64,000 nt of DNA from a virus, in IMG/VR virus record IMGVR_UViG_3300045125_000034, positions 64,001 through 128,000 of that record; one strand, 5' to 3'. The notes under the pieces were generated by a model. The model saw only the letters and a program-made list of their open reading frames with translations. It had not been told where the DNA came from and ran no database searches. Positions 1 to 10,703 of this stretch are shown in pieces. The number at the start of each line of letters is the position of its first letter. Position 1 is the stretch's first letter. Made by a program: the position numbers and the translations under genes.

Positions 1-342
1 GCAGAGAGAAGACAGCATTTACAATAGTTGGAGATGGTGAACAGCGTAGAGACTTCTGTAAATGTAAAGGATGTTTGCAGAGCCAATGTTATTGCTGCAA
101 CAAACGAGGAATACACCCAAAGATACAACGCCGAGGTATTCAATATCGGAACAGGAGTAAACTACTCCGTAAATCAGGTAGCCGATATGGTCTCCCCCAC
201 CCACAATAGAATAAATCTACCCGCCCGAGATGGCGAGGCTAGAATAACCTTATGTGATTGGGAGAAGGCACAAAATTGGTTGGGGTGGTCCCCACAAATA
301 CAACTTTCTGATTGGTTATCGGTTGACAAGGCGGCAGTTTAG
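1..342 (+). CDS. NAD-dependent nucleotide-sugar epimerase/dehydratase, C-terminal part (5' truncated)
   Basis: Reads TIVGDGEQRRDF..VKDVCRAN..EVFNIGTG..SVNQVA..ARDGEARITLCDWEKAQNWLGWSP across one indel, the typical C-terminus of an extended SDR epimerase. Confidence 0.85.
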
Positions 343-350
343 GCTATAAT
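323..350 (+). promoter_or_regulatory. sigma70-type promoter of gp41
   Basis: TTGACA (323-328), 16-nt spacer, TATAAT (345-350); ATG at 357 with no Shine-Dalgarno. Confidence 0.8.
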
Positions 351-356
351 AGCCGA

Positions 357-1796
357 ATGGTAGCCGATAGAACCGAACTAATCATCCTCCGTTCCCTACT
401 CCACAACGAAGAGTACGGTCGGAAGGTTCTCCCCTTTCTTCAGCCCGAGTACTTCACCGAACGCGACGAGCGTGTGGTGTTTGATGCTGTTGCCGAGTTC
501 TTCAGCAAGTACAACAAGCCCCCGAGTGTGGAGACTCTGCTGATTGACTTGGGCAAGAAGGATGACCTAAACGAAGCCGAGTTCAAGAGCGTACAGACTG
601 TCATTCGCTCCTTGGCAGACAACACTACAGTAGATGATAAGTGGCTCCTTGATACCACAGAGACCTTCTGTAAGGACAAGGCTGTGTATAACGCCATCAT
701 GGAGTCCATTCAGATCATTGATGGCAAGAGCCAAAGGACTGCCAATGCCATCCCCGAGGTGCTGTCCAAGGCTCTGTCGGTGTCGTTTGATACCCACATC
801 GGTCACGACTTTATTGAGGATGCCGAGAAGCGATACGACTTCTACCACACCGTAGAGAAGCGTATTCCGTTTGATCTTGAACTGATGAACAAGATCACTA
901 ACAACGGAACCCCTACAAGACCCTGAATGTGTGTCTCGCGGGCACGGGCGTGGGCAAGTCTCTGTTCCTCTGCCACCATGCTGCCAACTGCCTGATGCAG
1001 AGTAAGAATGTGTTGTACATCACCTGCGAGATGGCAGAGGAGCGTATTGCAGAACGCATTGACGCTAACCTCATGGACATCACTCCTAGACGATCTGAAG
1101 TGCCTGCCCAAGGACATCTATGACCGCAAGATCAAGCGTATCATGGATCAGACTACAGGCAAACTCATTGTCAAGGAGTACCCGACAGCCACAGCCAATG
1201 TGATGCATTTCAAGCATCTGTTGGACGAACTGCGGCTCAAGCGAAACTTCAAGCCCGAGATCGTGTTCATTGACTACCTGAATATCTGTGCGTCAAGCCG
1301 TTTCAAGGCGGGAGCAAATGTCAACTCCTACACCTATGTGAAGGCTATCGCAGAAGAACTCCGTGGTCTAGCCGTGGAGACAGGCATCCCGATCTTCACC
1401 GCTACACAGACCAATCGTCAGGGCTTCTCAAGCACCGATGTTGAACTGACTGACACAAGCGAGTCTTTCGGTCTACCGCAGACTGCAGACTTCATGTTTG
1501 CCTTGGTCTCCACCGAGGAACTTGATGGTCTTGGTCAGATCATGGTGAAGCAGTTGAAGAACCGTTATGCGGACCCTGCCTCTAACCGACGCTTCGTTAT
1601 TGGTATTGACCGCAGCAAGATGAAGTTGTTTGATCTTGACCCCTCTGCACAGAATAACATTATCCTAGAGGGTGGGCGTGGAGGCAAGGAGGAAGAGGAA
1701 GAGGACAACGGAGGTTTCAAGACTTTCCGTGAGAGGATGAATGACAAGTTCGACAAAAAGAAGCGGATTTCGCGGATTGGTCTTGACAGCCGATAA
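357..1796 (+). CDS. gp41: T4 gp41-like replicative DNA helicase (DnaB family), split by indels
   Basis: Walker A LAGTGVGKS, YITCEMAEERIAERIDAN, VFIDYLNI, TATQTNR, TSESFGLP.TAD and VKQLKNRY across ORFs 357-926, 929-1123 and 1008-1796. Confidence 0.97.
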
Positions 1797-1810
1797 ACAT
1801 ACACTATAAT
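1783..1810 (+). promoter_or_regulatory. sigma70-type promoter
   Basis: TTGACA (1783-1788), 16 nt, TATAAT (1805-1810); ATG at 1817. Confidence 0.8.
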
Positions 1811-1816
1811 ACTCAT

Positions 1817-2062
1817 ATGTTCCGACTCCACATTGATATCCCACTAAACACAGACGAGCAGACGGCTGCAACTCTGTCCAACATGGTTATCGGAATCTTG
1901 TCAAGCAAGCCCGAGTACCTTGCTGAAGTGGGAGTGGAGGAGATCAACTACCGATTGGGTCACGACGATGATAGGCAGAAAAGCAACTACCTCATCAAGA
2001 CCGAATCGGGTCATGTCGCTAACAAGAAGTCTAGGATTTCTCTCAAGGAGGAATCCGCATAA
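1817..2062 (+). CDS. hypothetical protein (81 aa)
   Basis: Intact ORF directly behind a consensus promoter. Confidence 0.7.
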   Translation: MFRLHIDIPLNTDEQTAATLSNMVIGILSSKPEYLAEVGVEEINYRLGHDDDRQKSNYLIKTESGHVANKKSRISLKEESA

Positions 2063-2063
2063 C

Positions 2064-2136
2064 GGGAGCGGGGGTCTTTGGTTGCGCCAGATTGGTTTAT
2101 ACCCGATTGGAACAGGTTCGATTCCTGACGCTCCTA
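2064..2136 (+). tRNA. tRNA-Ile(UAU)-like gene
   Basis: Acceptor GGGAGCG/CGCTCCT, anticodon arm ATTGG-TTTATAC-CCGAT (anticodon TAT), T-arm CAGG-TTCGATT-CCTG. The D-arm pairs poorly and the 3' end reads ACTA rather than ACCA. Confidence 0.7.
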
Positions 2137-2163
2137 CTAAATACTCACAAAGGAGATTACACC

Positions 2164-2545
2164 ATGATGCTTATACCCAACACCAACTTCGCAATTCTTT
2201 CTGTTGACAAGGACTTTGATCCCAAGACTGCGGGATCAGCAGGTTCTCCTTTCAAGGGCAAGGCTGAGGCAGTAGGTCAGCCTGAGTTTGCACCACAGCC
2301 CGTAGCAGGCGATGGTCGTAACTTCTCCTTCGCACGACAGCCTGAACCGTTCCCTCTCAAGAAGGGGCGACGAGGTAATCTGCGGTGGGTACATTGACTA
2401 CATCTTGAAGGATCACGAAAACAACAAGACGCTCATCGTGGTCTTCAAGGATCAAATCTACGCCATCGTTCGTGACGAGCAGGAAGAGATCGGTCTCTTC
2501 AACCAAGAGATGGCTGCTCAGGAGCCGCAGTTTATTCAAGGCTAA
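2164..2545 (+). CDS. GroES/gp31-like co-chaperonin (one indel)
   Basis: SD AGGAG; GKAEAVG..PFPLKKG/DEVICGGY..LIVVFKDQIYAIV matches the GroES pattern G.V.AVG..P..K.GD.V..y..li..dIlAiv. Confidence 0.6.
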
Positions 2546-2548
2546 TGA

Positions 2549-3062
2549 ATGAAGGTTCTTCTTCTCAACGCAAGTGAAGAAGTCCTAAACCTGATTGATT
2601 GGAAGCGAGCCGTCAACCTGCTCTGTTCGGGCAGGGCGGCGAAGCCCTATGGTCATGAGGACTTCTATCAGATCCGTACTCCCTGTAGGACAGTATGCCC
2701 TACCCACGGCTATCGTGCTTGTGGAGTATGTCCATGTTCCACATAGGGTGGAGGGTGTGACTCGTAAGGGTATCTTCCGACGAGACAAGTTCTCCTGCCA
2801 ATACTGTGGATGTTCTTTGAATTCGTCTAACGCCACGGTTGACCATGTTCTTCCTGTGAGTAGGGGTGGTCTGTTCTCTTGGAAGAATGTTGTGGCTTCC
2901 TGCAAGCCCTGCAATTCTAGGAAGGCGAATAGAACGCCCGAGGAGGCAAGAATGCCCCTCAAGACCAAGCCGTTTATCCCAACCCGTAAGATGCTGATCT
3001 ATACGATTGTGGACAAAATGGGCATCAAGAAATGGGGAAGATGGGTTCAGGGAAATGAATAA
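2549..3062 (+). CDS. HNH endonuclease (one indel)
   Basis: MKVLLLNASEE N-terminus; RD..SCQYCG..TVDHVLPVSRGG..SWKNVVASCKPCNSRKAN. Confidence 0.92.
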
Positions 3063-3074
3063 ATACCCTAGCCT

Positions 3075-4318
3075 ATGCTCTCATTCACCATTTTTCAAAA
3101 TCAACCATGCAAGTTGCTGTCCGAAGAGGGGAAACTTACCCACCTTCAGCACCTTGAAGACGGTATGTTTTTGGATGGGGTGGATGGTCTAAACGACTCT
3201 ATAGACATTCTAAACAAGGTTGTAGATACCCTCACGCCCGCCCGCGTGGCGCACCTGCTTCCGTGAGCGTGACTACTAAATGGGACGGATCACCTGCTGT
3301 TGTTACAGGCACAGACCCAAGCAACAAGAAGTTCTTCGTGGCCACCAAGTCAGCCTTCAACCCAAAGAATCCAGATACTAAACTACAGCGTAGAGGACAT
3401 CAAGAAGAACTATCCCGATTCGGGAGTAGCCGATAAGTTGATTGATGCCTTCAACTACCTGAAGCCCATGAACATCAAGGGAGTGTTTCAGGGAGACCTA
3501 CTATACACGACAACAGGAAGGAAAGAGGAGACCATAGGAGGTATCCGCTACATCACCTTCCGTCCAAACACCATCGTGTATGCCGTACCTGTGGATAGTC
3601 CCGCAGGCATATCCATCAAGGCATCAAAGATCGGTATTGTATTTCACACGAAGTACACGGGGTCAACCATCGCAACAATGACTGCTTCTCCTTTGGGCAA
3701 CACCAAGGTAGGTAGCACATCAACGGCGGTGTGGTCTGTTGATCCAAAGATACCCGCGTTGCCGAAGAACTCCCCTGTTCTGATGCAACCCCCGAAGTCA
3801 AGTTGCTTGGTGAGTTGGTTAAGCAGATCAAGAGCAAAGGCAAAACGCTATCTGCTTTCCTCACCAACTTCTTGGCTAAGGACACGGCAAAGTATCTGAG
3901 CCTCTACATCAACTCAACAGTCAACGCAGGTATCTCAAACCGTAATGCAAACGGTCTTGGTCTCTACATCAAAACAAGAGAGACCAAGGAGATGGACAAG
4001 TTGAAGACGGAGAAGGCAAAGGCTCAACGCCAAGAGAAGTTGGACGGCATGATCGCGTACCTGAACGCCTATGCCAAGCAGATAGACGGACTCTTTGAAC
4101 TGCACTCCCTGTTATCGCAGGCAAAGATGATCGTCGTAAACAAACTATCAATGACCAATGTAGTTGACACATTCAATATAACCGACAAGGGTTATGTGAA
4201 GACTGCTCCCGAAGGATTCGTTGCTGTCTGCGGCGATACCTGCAAGATGGTAAAGTTGGTTGATAGAAATCATTTCTCGCGTATAAACGCAACATCTAAG
4301 AAGGAGTGGAGCAAGTGA
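3075..4318 (+). CDS. DUF6267-like T4-like phage protein with ATP-dependent ligase (covalent nucleotidyltransferase) motifs; indel-split
   Basis: THLQHLED, TTKWDGSPA (K at 3278), KFFVATKSAFN, VFQGDLL, IGIVFHTKY, PEGFVAV, MVKLVDR. Family name assigned from memory of similar cyanophage proteins. Confidence 0.8.
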
Positions 4319-4960
4319 AACGGTTCACCGAAATAGTGGCAGAAGCCCCCAAGAAAGAGAAGGCGATAGTCATAGGTGTGGGCAGGTTCAACCCTCCAAC
4401 TACTGGCCACGAACTTCTGTGCAAGAAGGTCATGGATGCTGCATCTGCTCGTCAGGCAGAAGCACGCTATCTTCGTTTCCAAATCGCAGGATATGAAGAA
4501 GAACCCTTTGGATGTCAAGACCAAATTGGAATACCTAAAGAAGTTCTTCCCCAAGGTTAACTTCAAGCAGATGGACACTTATAAGTCTCCCGATACAGGC
4601 AGGACAATCGGTGGTCCATTTGCTGTTCTACAGATGTTGAGTGACAAGGGGTACAAGAAGGTCTATGTGGTTACAGGAGCAGATCACATGGAAGTTTACA
4701 AGGAGCCTCTAAGTACATCAACACCGATCCAAATGACAAGACGGGTTACAAGTTCACAGAATACGAGGTCATCAATGCGGGTGATCGTGATCCTGATGCA
4801 GAGGGGTTGGTAGGTATGTCTGCTTCTAAGATGAGAGCCGCAGTTGTAGCCAACGACTACAACCAATTCCTCAAGGGCATTCCGTCACATGTCAACAAGA
4901 CCGATGCCAAGAAGTTGTACATGGCAGTCCGTAAGGGATTGCAGTTGAAAGAGGAGTGGT
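4315..4960 (+). other. domain: cytidyltransferase-like HIGH-superfamily nucleotidyltransferase
   Basis: GRFNPPTTGH, SKSQDMKKNPL, VVTGADH, AGDRDPDAEG and GMSASKMRAA. Confidence 0.9.
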
Positions 4961-7583
4961 TGTGGGAGGAGAAGGCAACGGACGCAGTTATCCTTTGCTT
5001 GACTTCTGCTGAGGGAAGCATCAAGGGATCAAGCATTGAGAAGATGGAAGCCTCATGCAAGAAGAAGGGCATAGAGTTTCATGTCGTGAAGATGAAGTAC
5101 GCCATGATTGATGCGGCTTCTGCAACACCAAACAAGATCGTAATTCAAAACCACGATGGCGAGAAGAAGAGCATTACTGTAGACCCAACAAAGACCATGT
5201 GTTTTGTTCGTGGAGGCGTGATGAATTCGGAGATCGGTATTGGTCTCGCTACCGTGCTACAGAACAACGGTGTGTTCATGGTCAATGAAAAGAATGCTAT
5301 GGACCTGTGTGCAAACAAGTTGCAGACAGCCTTGGCACTCAAGAAGTTTGACCTACCACACCCACGAACTGCATTTGTTTCTGATGTTGACTCTATCCCA
5401 AATGCCATGAAGGGCTATCGGCGGCAAGTACCCCGTCATTCTCAAGACGATCACGGGGGCAGAGGGTATCGGTGTTTCTATCATTGAAAGCGAGAAGTCT
5501 CTGCTATCGGTTCTGCAATCGTTGTGGAAGTTCGGGGCAGAGGTTATCATTCAAGAGTTCCTGCCGGGGTTCAAGAACGATGTTCGCAGCATCGTACTCA
5601 ACGGCAAGATATTCGCCTGTGCCAAGAGAGACAAGGCAAGGGAGACTTCCGTACAAATATCGCCCGTGGGTCAAAGGGTGGCTCGTTCAAGTTGTCAGAA
5701 GAAGAGATTGCCTTGGTAGAGAAGGTCGCCCGCGTGAGCAAGTGCTACTATGTTGGTGTTGACCATGTTGTTGTTGATGGCAAGCCATACATCATAGAGA
5801 TGAACGCCTCACCCCGGCAGCGGTAATGTCTACACCATCTATAAGGATGGCAAGCCTGTAAAAGGAAGTAGACGGTCAGGGTCTCATGGACGAACTGATT
5901 GAGCATGTCTCCAACAAGGCTAACTGGAAACTCTTTACTGCCGTGGCTGTAGCAGACAAGATCAGGTAGAAGGTGAGGATTATATTTGTAAGGTAGACAC
6001 AGGTCAAAGTGGCTACAACTCAATGCATGCTACCGACATCAAGATCAACGAGAAGAATCACACAGTCACATTCAAACTAAACGGCAAGAAGCAAGTTACC
6101 AAGAACATCATCAGCCGAGTCAAGATCCGTCGTGGTGGTATCAAGGAACAAGAGGTCCGTCCTGTTGTGTTCATGGATGTTGAGTTTGGCGGCAGAAAGC
6201 ATAAGAATGTAAAGTTCACTCTTGCAGATCGTAGTCACATGACTTACAAGGTTCTTGTGGGTGTTCGCTTCCTCGTACAGGCGGGCGTACAGGTAGACCC
6301 AAGCGATATGTCTGCTGCTGCAAAACCAAATGTAAGTGAGTCCATCAACGAAGCCGATAGTAAGTACAAGACAAAGGCAGGCAAAACAAAGGCTAGCCCC
6401 AAGGACAAAGAAACGGGTCTACCAAGAAGTATGTTTCGGGCTTGAGTGACACGCAAGCAAAGAAGAGAGAAGCACAGTTGCTGCTCGTAAGGAGTAGATC
6501 CGATAGCGATCCCAAGGCATGGAAGAAGCTGCTCAGGGCGACCCAAGAAGACCGCAAAAGAGATCGTAGCACTCTGTAGCATTTGCTAAGAAGTTTGGAA
6601 GCAAGTCAGAAGCCTATGAGTTGCAGAATGTTCTTGAGACCCTTCTTCTTGTAGACAACGCAAAGACAAACATCGTGAAGGTTGAGAAAGCAAGGGCTTT
6701 TCAATCAAAGGCTACTTGTCAGAAGAGATTGATGCTCTGGCAGCTGTACATTGATGACATTAAGGAGTCTCTGCATGGTAATGCTATTCCTGAAGGCGAG
6801 ATGACCTTGGAAGAGAAGTTTGAGGATGTGTTGGTAAACCACAGACAAGACAAGCGAGGCTCGTCATGCATACCTTGAAGCCCTTGAAGTAGGTACAAAC
6901 AAGATTCGCAAAGACCTACGCCAAGGATACCCTCGGCCAACTAAAGGAAGAGGACAAGGAGAAGGAAGAGCAGGATGCCATCTACAAGGAATGGTCTAAG
7001 TTAGTCAATATGGGGCTCAAAGGAACTTGAAAAGTTCATTGATTCTGATGAGGGTGGAGAAGCCGGTCCTATCTCGCAAAGAGGCAGGCAAGGCAGGTTC
7101 GGGTGGTGGCAAGATAACAAGCGGCAGAGACTCTGCCCGTGCAATTGTAAGAATGTTGAAGCGTAACAAGGACTCATGGACAGCCAACGATTGGAAGTGG
7201 AGGCCAAGAAGCAGATCAACTTTGATAAATAGAATGAAGGGAGCCAAGGGTAAGATGCGTGAACCCGATGGAACCCCGACTCGCAAACTACTAGCCCAAA
7301 GATATGGTCACAATCCAGAAAATGAAAAAGTACAAAGACCTAGTTGAAGAATTGAAATTGCAAGAAGCCTGAAAGCCTTGAGAGACAAGGCTGGTGAAGT
7401 CGGGCGTATCCTATTCAATTTTGAAACAAGTCTACAACAGAGGGATGGCTGCTTGGAAGGGGCGGCTACAGACCCAGAGCCACACCACAGCAATGGGCAT
7501 TGGCTAGGAGTGAACTCATTTTTAACCGACGGCAAGACCCGCCATACAGCAGATGCAGACCTTGGAAGAAAGCCAAGGGCTGA
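4315..7583 (+). CDS. apparent multidomain polyprotein: HIGH nucleotidyltransferase + RimK ATP-grasp ligase + retropepsin-like protease + DUF3140-like + DUF5824-like
   Basis: GTG start overlaps the previous TGA and has SD AAGGAG. No convincing internal SD/start was seen and the domains join when single indels are corrected. The nucleotidyltransferase-to-RimK junction is in one uninterrupted frame (ORF 4807-5487). Confidence 0.65.
4975..5930 (+). other. rimK: domain: RimK-family ATP-grasp (alpha-L-glutamate) ligase
   Basis: CANKLQT..LPHPRT, YPVILKTITGAEGIGV, IIQEFL..DVR, DFRTNIARG, VGVDH and IIEMNASPG. Confidence 0.9.
5965..6310 (+). other. domain: RimK-associated retropepsin-like (putative ATP-dependent zinc protease family) protease
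   Basis: KVDTG (5990-6004) is in frame with SMHATDI..RPVV..FTLADRSHMTYKVLVG.RFL. Confidence 0.85.
6975..7325 (+). other. domain: DUF3140-like
   Basis: EWSKLVNM..ELEKFIDSDEG.EAG..SGRDSARAIVRML..DSWTANDWKW..INRMKG..TRKLLA...GHNP resembles the VNMT..ELE.WL..SGR.IV..WGHDP pattern of DUF3140. Confidence 0.7.
7380..7583 (+). other. domain: DUF5824-like viral domain
   Basis: After indel correction it reads KSGVSYSILKQVYNRGMAAWKGGYRP.ATPQQWALARVNSFLT.GKTRHTADADLWKKAKG*. Confidence 0.7.
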
Positions 7584-7625
7584 AAAGTACTAAATATAGG
7601 TTAGCAACATCCTCAAGGAGTTACC

Positions 7626-8190
7626 ATGCATAACAGCCCAATCAGTAAGGCATTTTACAACAACATCGCAGAAGTTCTATCCTGGCAAGACTACAAAGAA
7701 GGTAGAACTTCCCCAATCCCTAGTTGAAGCAGCAAAGGCTGCTGCAAGGATTTGGAAACATCGTTCTTGGCTGAGGGCTATACCAGCATTGAGCGTCGTA
7801 AGGAAATCCTCCGTAAGCACCTCAAGGAAGGGGCTTCCAAGTGTGGATGCAACCTAACAAACCAAATGGTTGCTCGTTTTGATGAGATGGTTGATGAGGT
7901 TGATGCTCCTGTTGTTGCTTGAAGAATCAAAGGACAAGATGCCAACCCAAAACAGCCCACTATAGCAACCCCAAGCGAGGTTGCTAAGAAGACTGCCAAG
8001 CCACGAGGCGGCAGCATCGGTATTAAGAACACGGCATTGGCAGGCAGCAAGAAGAATCCTCCAAAGATGGAAGAAGTTGCTACCGAAGAGGCAAACAGTA
8101 TCGTAGAAACAACCAGCACTAAACGCTTTTGTGAACGAACTGAACGGCGACGAGATTCGCATCCTAAAGAACATTCTTTCCAACCGCTAA
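7626..8190 (+). CDS. hypothetical Glu/Lys-rich late protein (possible head-internal/scaffold protein), indel-split
   Basis: TAAATA late motif and SD AAGGAG before MHNSPISKAFYNNIAEVL; ends ILKNILSNR*. Confidence 0.55.
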
Positions 8191-8215
8191 ATAGGTAAGA
8201 GGTGGAGAACACGAA

Positions 8216-9031
8216 ATGTCTTACTGGAATACAAACGATAGAGAAGAATCAAAGCCAGCTTGGCTGAACCACGTCACAGAAGCGTTTCGTGTGGCAAGAA
8301 ACAGCCAAAGGTTGGGAAGTGCCTCTTAGCAGATGGTAACTCAAACTTGGCAAAACCAGTGCTTGATGGAACAAAAACACTAGTGAGCAACAGATAGAGT
8401 TCCACTAACCGAACTTCTGGTTAAGCTTTGCCTGTAGATCCTAGAGCACAACTGGTCTATCAGCATCAAACTGGACAGCCAGAACAGCACCGTATTTCGG
8501 GTGGTACTGCTTCATCGGATACACTCAAACTATGCGGGCATACATCACCCGCCCATTCGGCGGCGATAGTTTCACCGTGCAGGTGGTATTATCAACGGCG
8601 TTGGCGTTTCGCACGACTCTGGCACAAACTACGGTCTTAATGGATATGGGGTGTCTACTCTATATTGGAAGAGCGAAAGACAAGTGCGGCGGAACAGGTT
8701 ACATTAAGGTTTGTGCAAACGATGTGAACTTCACAAACACCCTGGATCGCTATCCTTGACTGCAAGCAGCTCTAACTGCCGCTTCAACAACTGCCGGAAC
8801 TGTAAGAACCATCGCGTTCTTCACAAATGCAAATCTGCTGAATACCTCAAATGTCTCCTGCCGGATGTTTACGCTGAAGCACTATTCGGTCCAACATCTT
8901 CATACAATAGTAACATTGGTGTTAATATCCGTATTCCTTGGGGAATCACCACGGGCAACTACGGCATGACCGCTAATGTCTTTGATGGAACAGTCACGGG
9001 TTCAAGTAAGTTCACAGTCACCGTTTATTGA
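8216..9031 (+). CDS. putative virion structural protein, indel-split
   Basis: Late motif and SD GGAG; MSYWNTNDREESKPAWL..KGWEVPL N-terminus; Thr/Gly-rich beta-type C-terminus ending FTVTVY*. Confidence 0.55.
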
Positions 9032-9040
9032 TAGGAGTAG

Positions 9041-10210
9041 ATGATGCGTTTCAAAGACTGGCGTAAGAGTCTGAGATGAGAACTCGATGGCGATATGCCG
9101 ATAGTAGCTATCGGGTTTAGCCACCTTCGTCCCGCAGTTGCGCCTATTCAATCCCGATGGTGCTATTGACACCCCCGAGACAAACATCGCAGCACTAACA
9201 GGTGAGGCGATTGATAAGTTGAATGCCTACTTCTGGGAATGGTGGCTTTCTGCAAGTCATACATCAACCCATCAACCGTACTAAATCACATTCAGACCGA
9301 AACTTGCGGAGTTCGGTCTTCACTTTGACTGCCGCCTTCCTCCCGCAAAGCAAGGCGTTGGTCCAACCAAGCGACTCACGAACAGCACCTGGACAAGAAC
9401 GGACCAGCTGACCCCAAGTTGAAGAGGGCGAACACTACTATCCTCTGACCATGTTTGGTGGCTCACACGGTCGCTATCCAAACCGATCCAACTCTTGAGC
9501 CATATCACTCAGATGGCATCACCCGCAAGACAGGAACCTCTTGTACCTATGCGTACATGTGATGAGAAATCGAGAACTCAACCTTCACAGTCAAGCTCCT
9601 ATATCAAGATGGGTACTGTTCAGAATCCTGCTATGGAGGAGACTGAGGTCGAGGGCGAGGATATCGTTGAAGCCAAGGGCGAGTTGACGTGGAAGCACAG
9701 TAAGGATGGGAAATTCCAAGTAGTTCGTTACTTGGGCAATCAGAAGTTCTCACGACCAATAAAGACCTTCAACAAGCGAGAAAAGATGCTCGCAAGCATT
9801 GATAGCAAAGAAGGAAAGAAGGAAGGTTGGAGCGAGGAGACCAGAGGAGTTCTGGTAAAAAAACTGGATGAAGTAGTCTCAATGAAGGACTTGGGTTTCA
9901 AGCCCACGACTTCAATCGGCGGTACATCCTTGATCGGCTACATCAAGGGCACAGACCATCAACGAAATAAGCAAGATTCTTGGTTCACCTACGAGATATA
10001 CCCGTGGCGTAAAAGCGTAAGTGTGCTGTGGGCTATCAGTAACGATAGATTGACCATAACCATCTACGACTACACCACAGGCGGTACTAGATGACAACGA
10101 GAAGTACGACTTCCATGTTGGCACATTCTACAACAAGTATTCGGTAACCGAGTCTGTTCGTAGAAGCACTCAAGATGATGGGTCTAAAGTTCGTCGCCAA
10201 GAAGCGATAA
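9041..10210 (+). CDS. hypothetical protein with capsid-targeting-like N-terminus, indel-split
   Basis: SD AGGAG; MMRFKDWRKSL.DE; internal IVEA, WSEE and KLDE junctions; ORF 9495-10094 is the longest fragment. Confidence 0.55.
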
Positions 10211-10243
10211 GGGCGTTCCAAAATCCGTGCATTTCATCGCCCG

Positions 10244-10272
10244 AAAGGAGTTGCAAAAACAACTCCTTTTTT
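10244..10272 (+). terminator. Rho-independent terminator
   Basis: AAAGGAGTTG-CAAAAA-CAACTCCTTT followed by further T residues. Confidence 0.85.
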
Positions 10273-10305
10273 CTTGCATAGATAATGGTATAACGATGGT
10301 AAACT

Positions 10306-10703
10306 ATGCAATTCAAAAAACCGGAATGAAGACAACTTTACGCCATTTGCGGTCAAGAACTACGACAACCCGCAATGTGCAAGTAAGCATTACGAACGAG
10401 TCCGAGGAAGACCTCACACGCATAGTCTATTTGAAGCGTCTGTTCAAGAAGTATCAATTCGCACGGGCGAACTTCGGGAACGACTAATCCTCAACCATCT
10501 CATCACCTTTCTATAATGTATTCGGTATTCCTGCGGGGAACCGAATGCTGTTTTATAGGATGGACAAAGACTTGCTGTCCTACCTCAAAACCTTCTCGTT
10601 TACCTGCAATATCTGCCAGAAACCACTAAAGATATAGAGGGCATAGATATAGTAGGAACGGCCGCTTGATCCTGCCATAGTTCAGAAGTTGAGGACTCTC
10701 TAA
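10306..10703 (+). CDS. conserved T4-like phage hypothetical protein
   Basis: NEDNFT.FAVKNYDNPQC..EDLTRIVYLKRLFKKY..RLILNHLI..YNVFG..YLKTF.VYLQYLP, a recurrent neighbour of gp61.1 in marine and freshwater T4-likes. Confidence 0.8.

Noticed and set aside
2549-3062. HNH as an intron-encoded homing endonuclease
   Set aside because: It is a free-standing gene tightly packed between intact neighbours, and no interrupted host gene or intron structure was seen.
7778-8212. Minus-strand ORFs opposite the late cluster
   Set aside because: Promoter, SD and amino-acid composition support the + strand gene at 7626-8190, so these are shadows.
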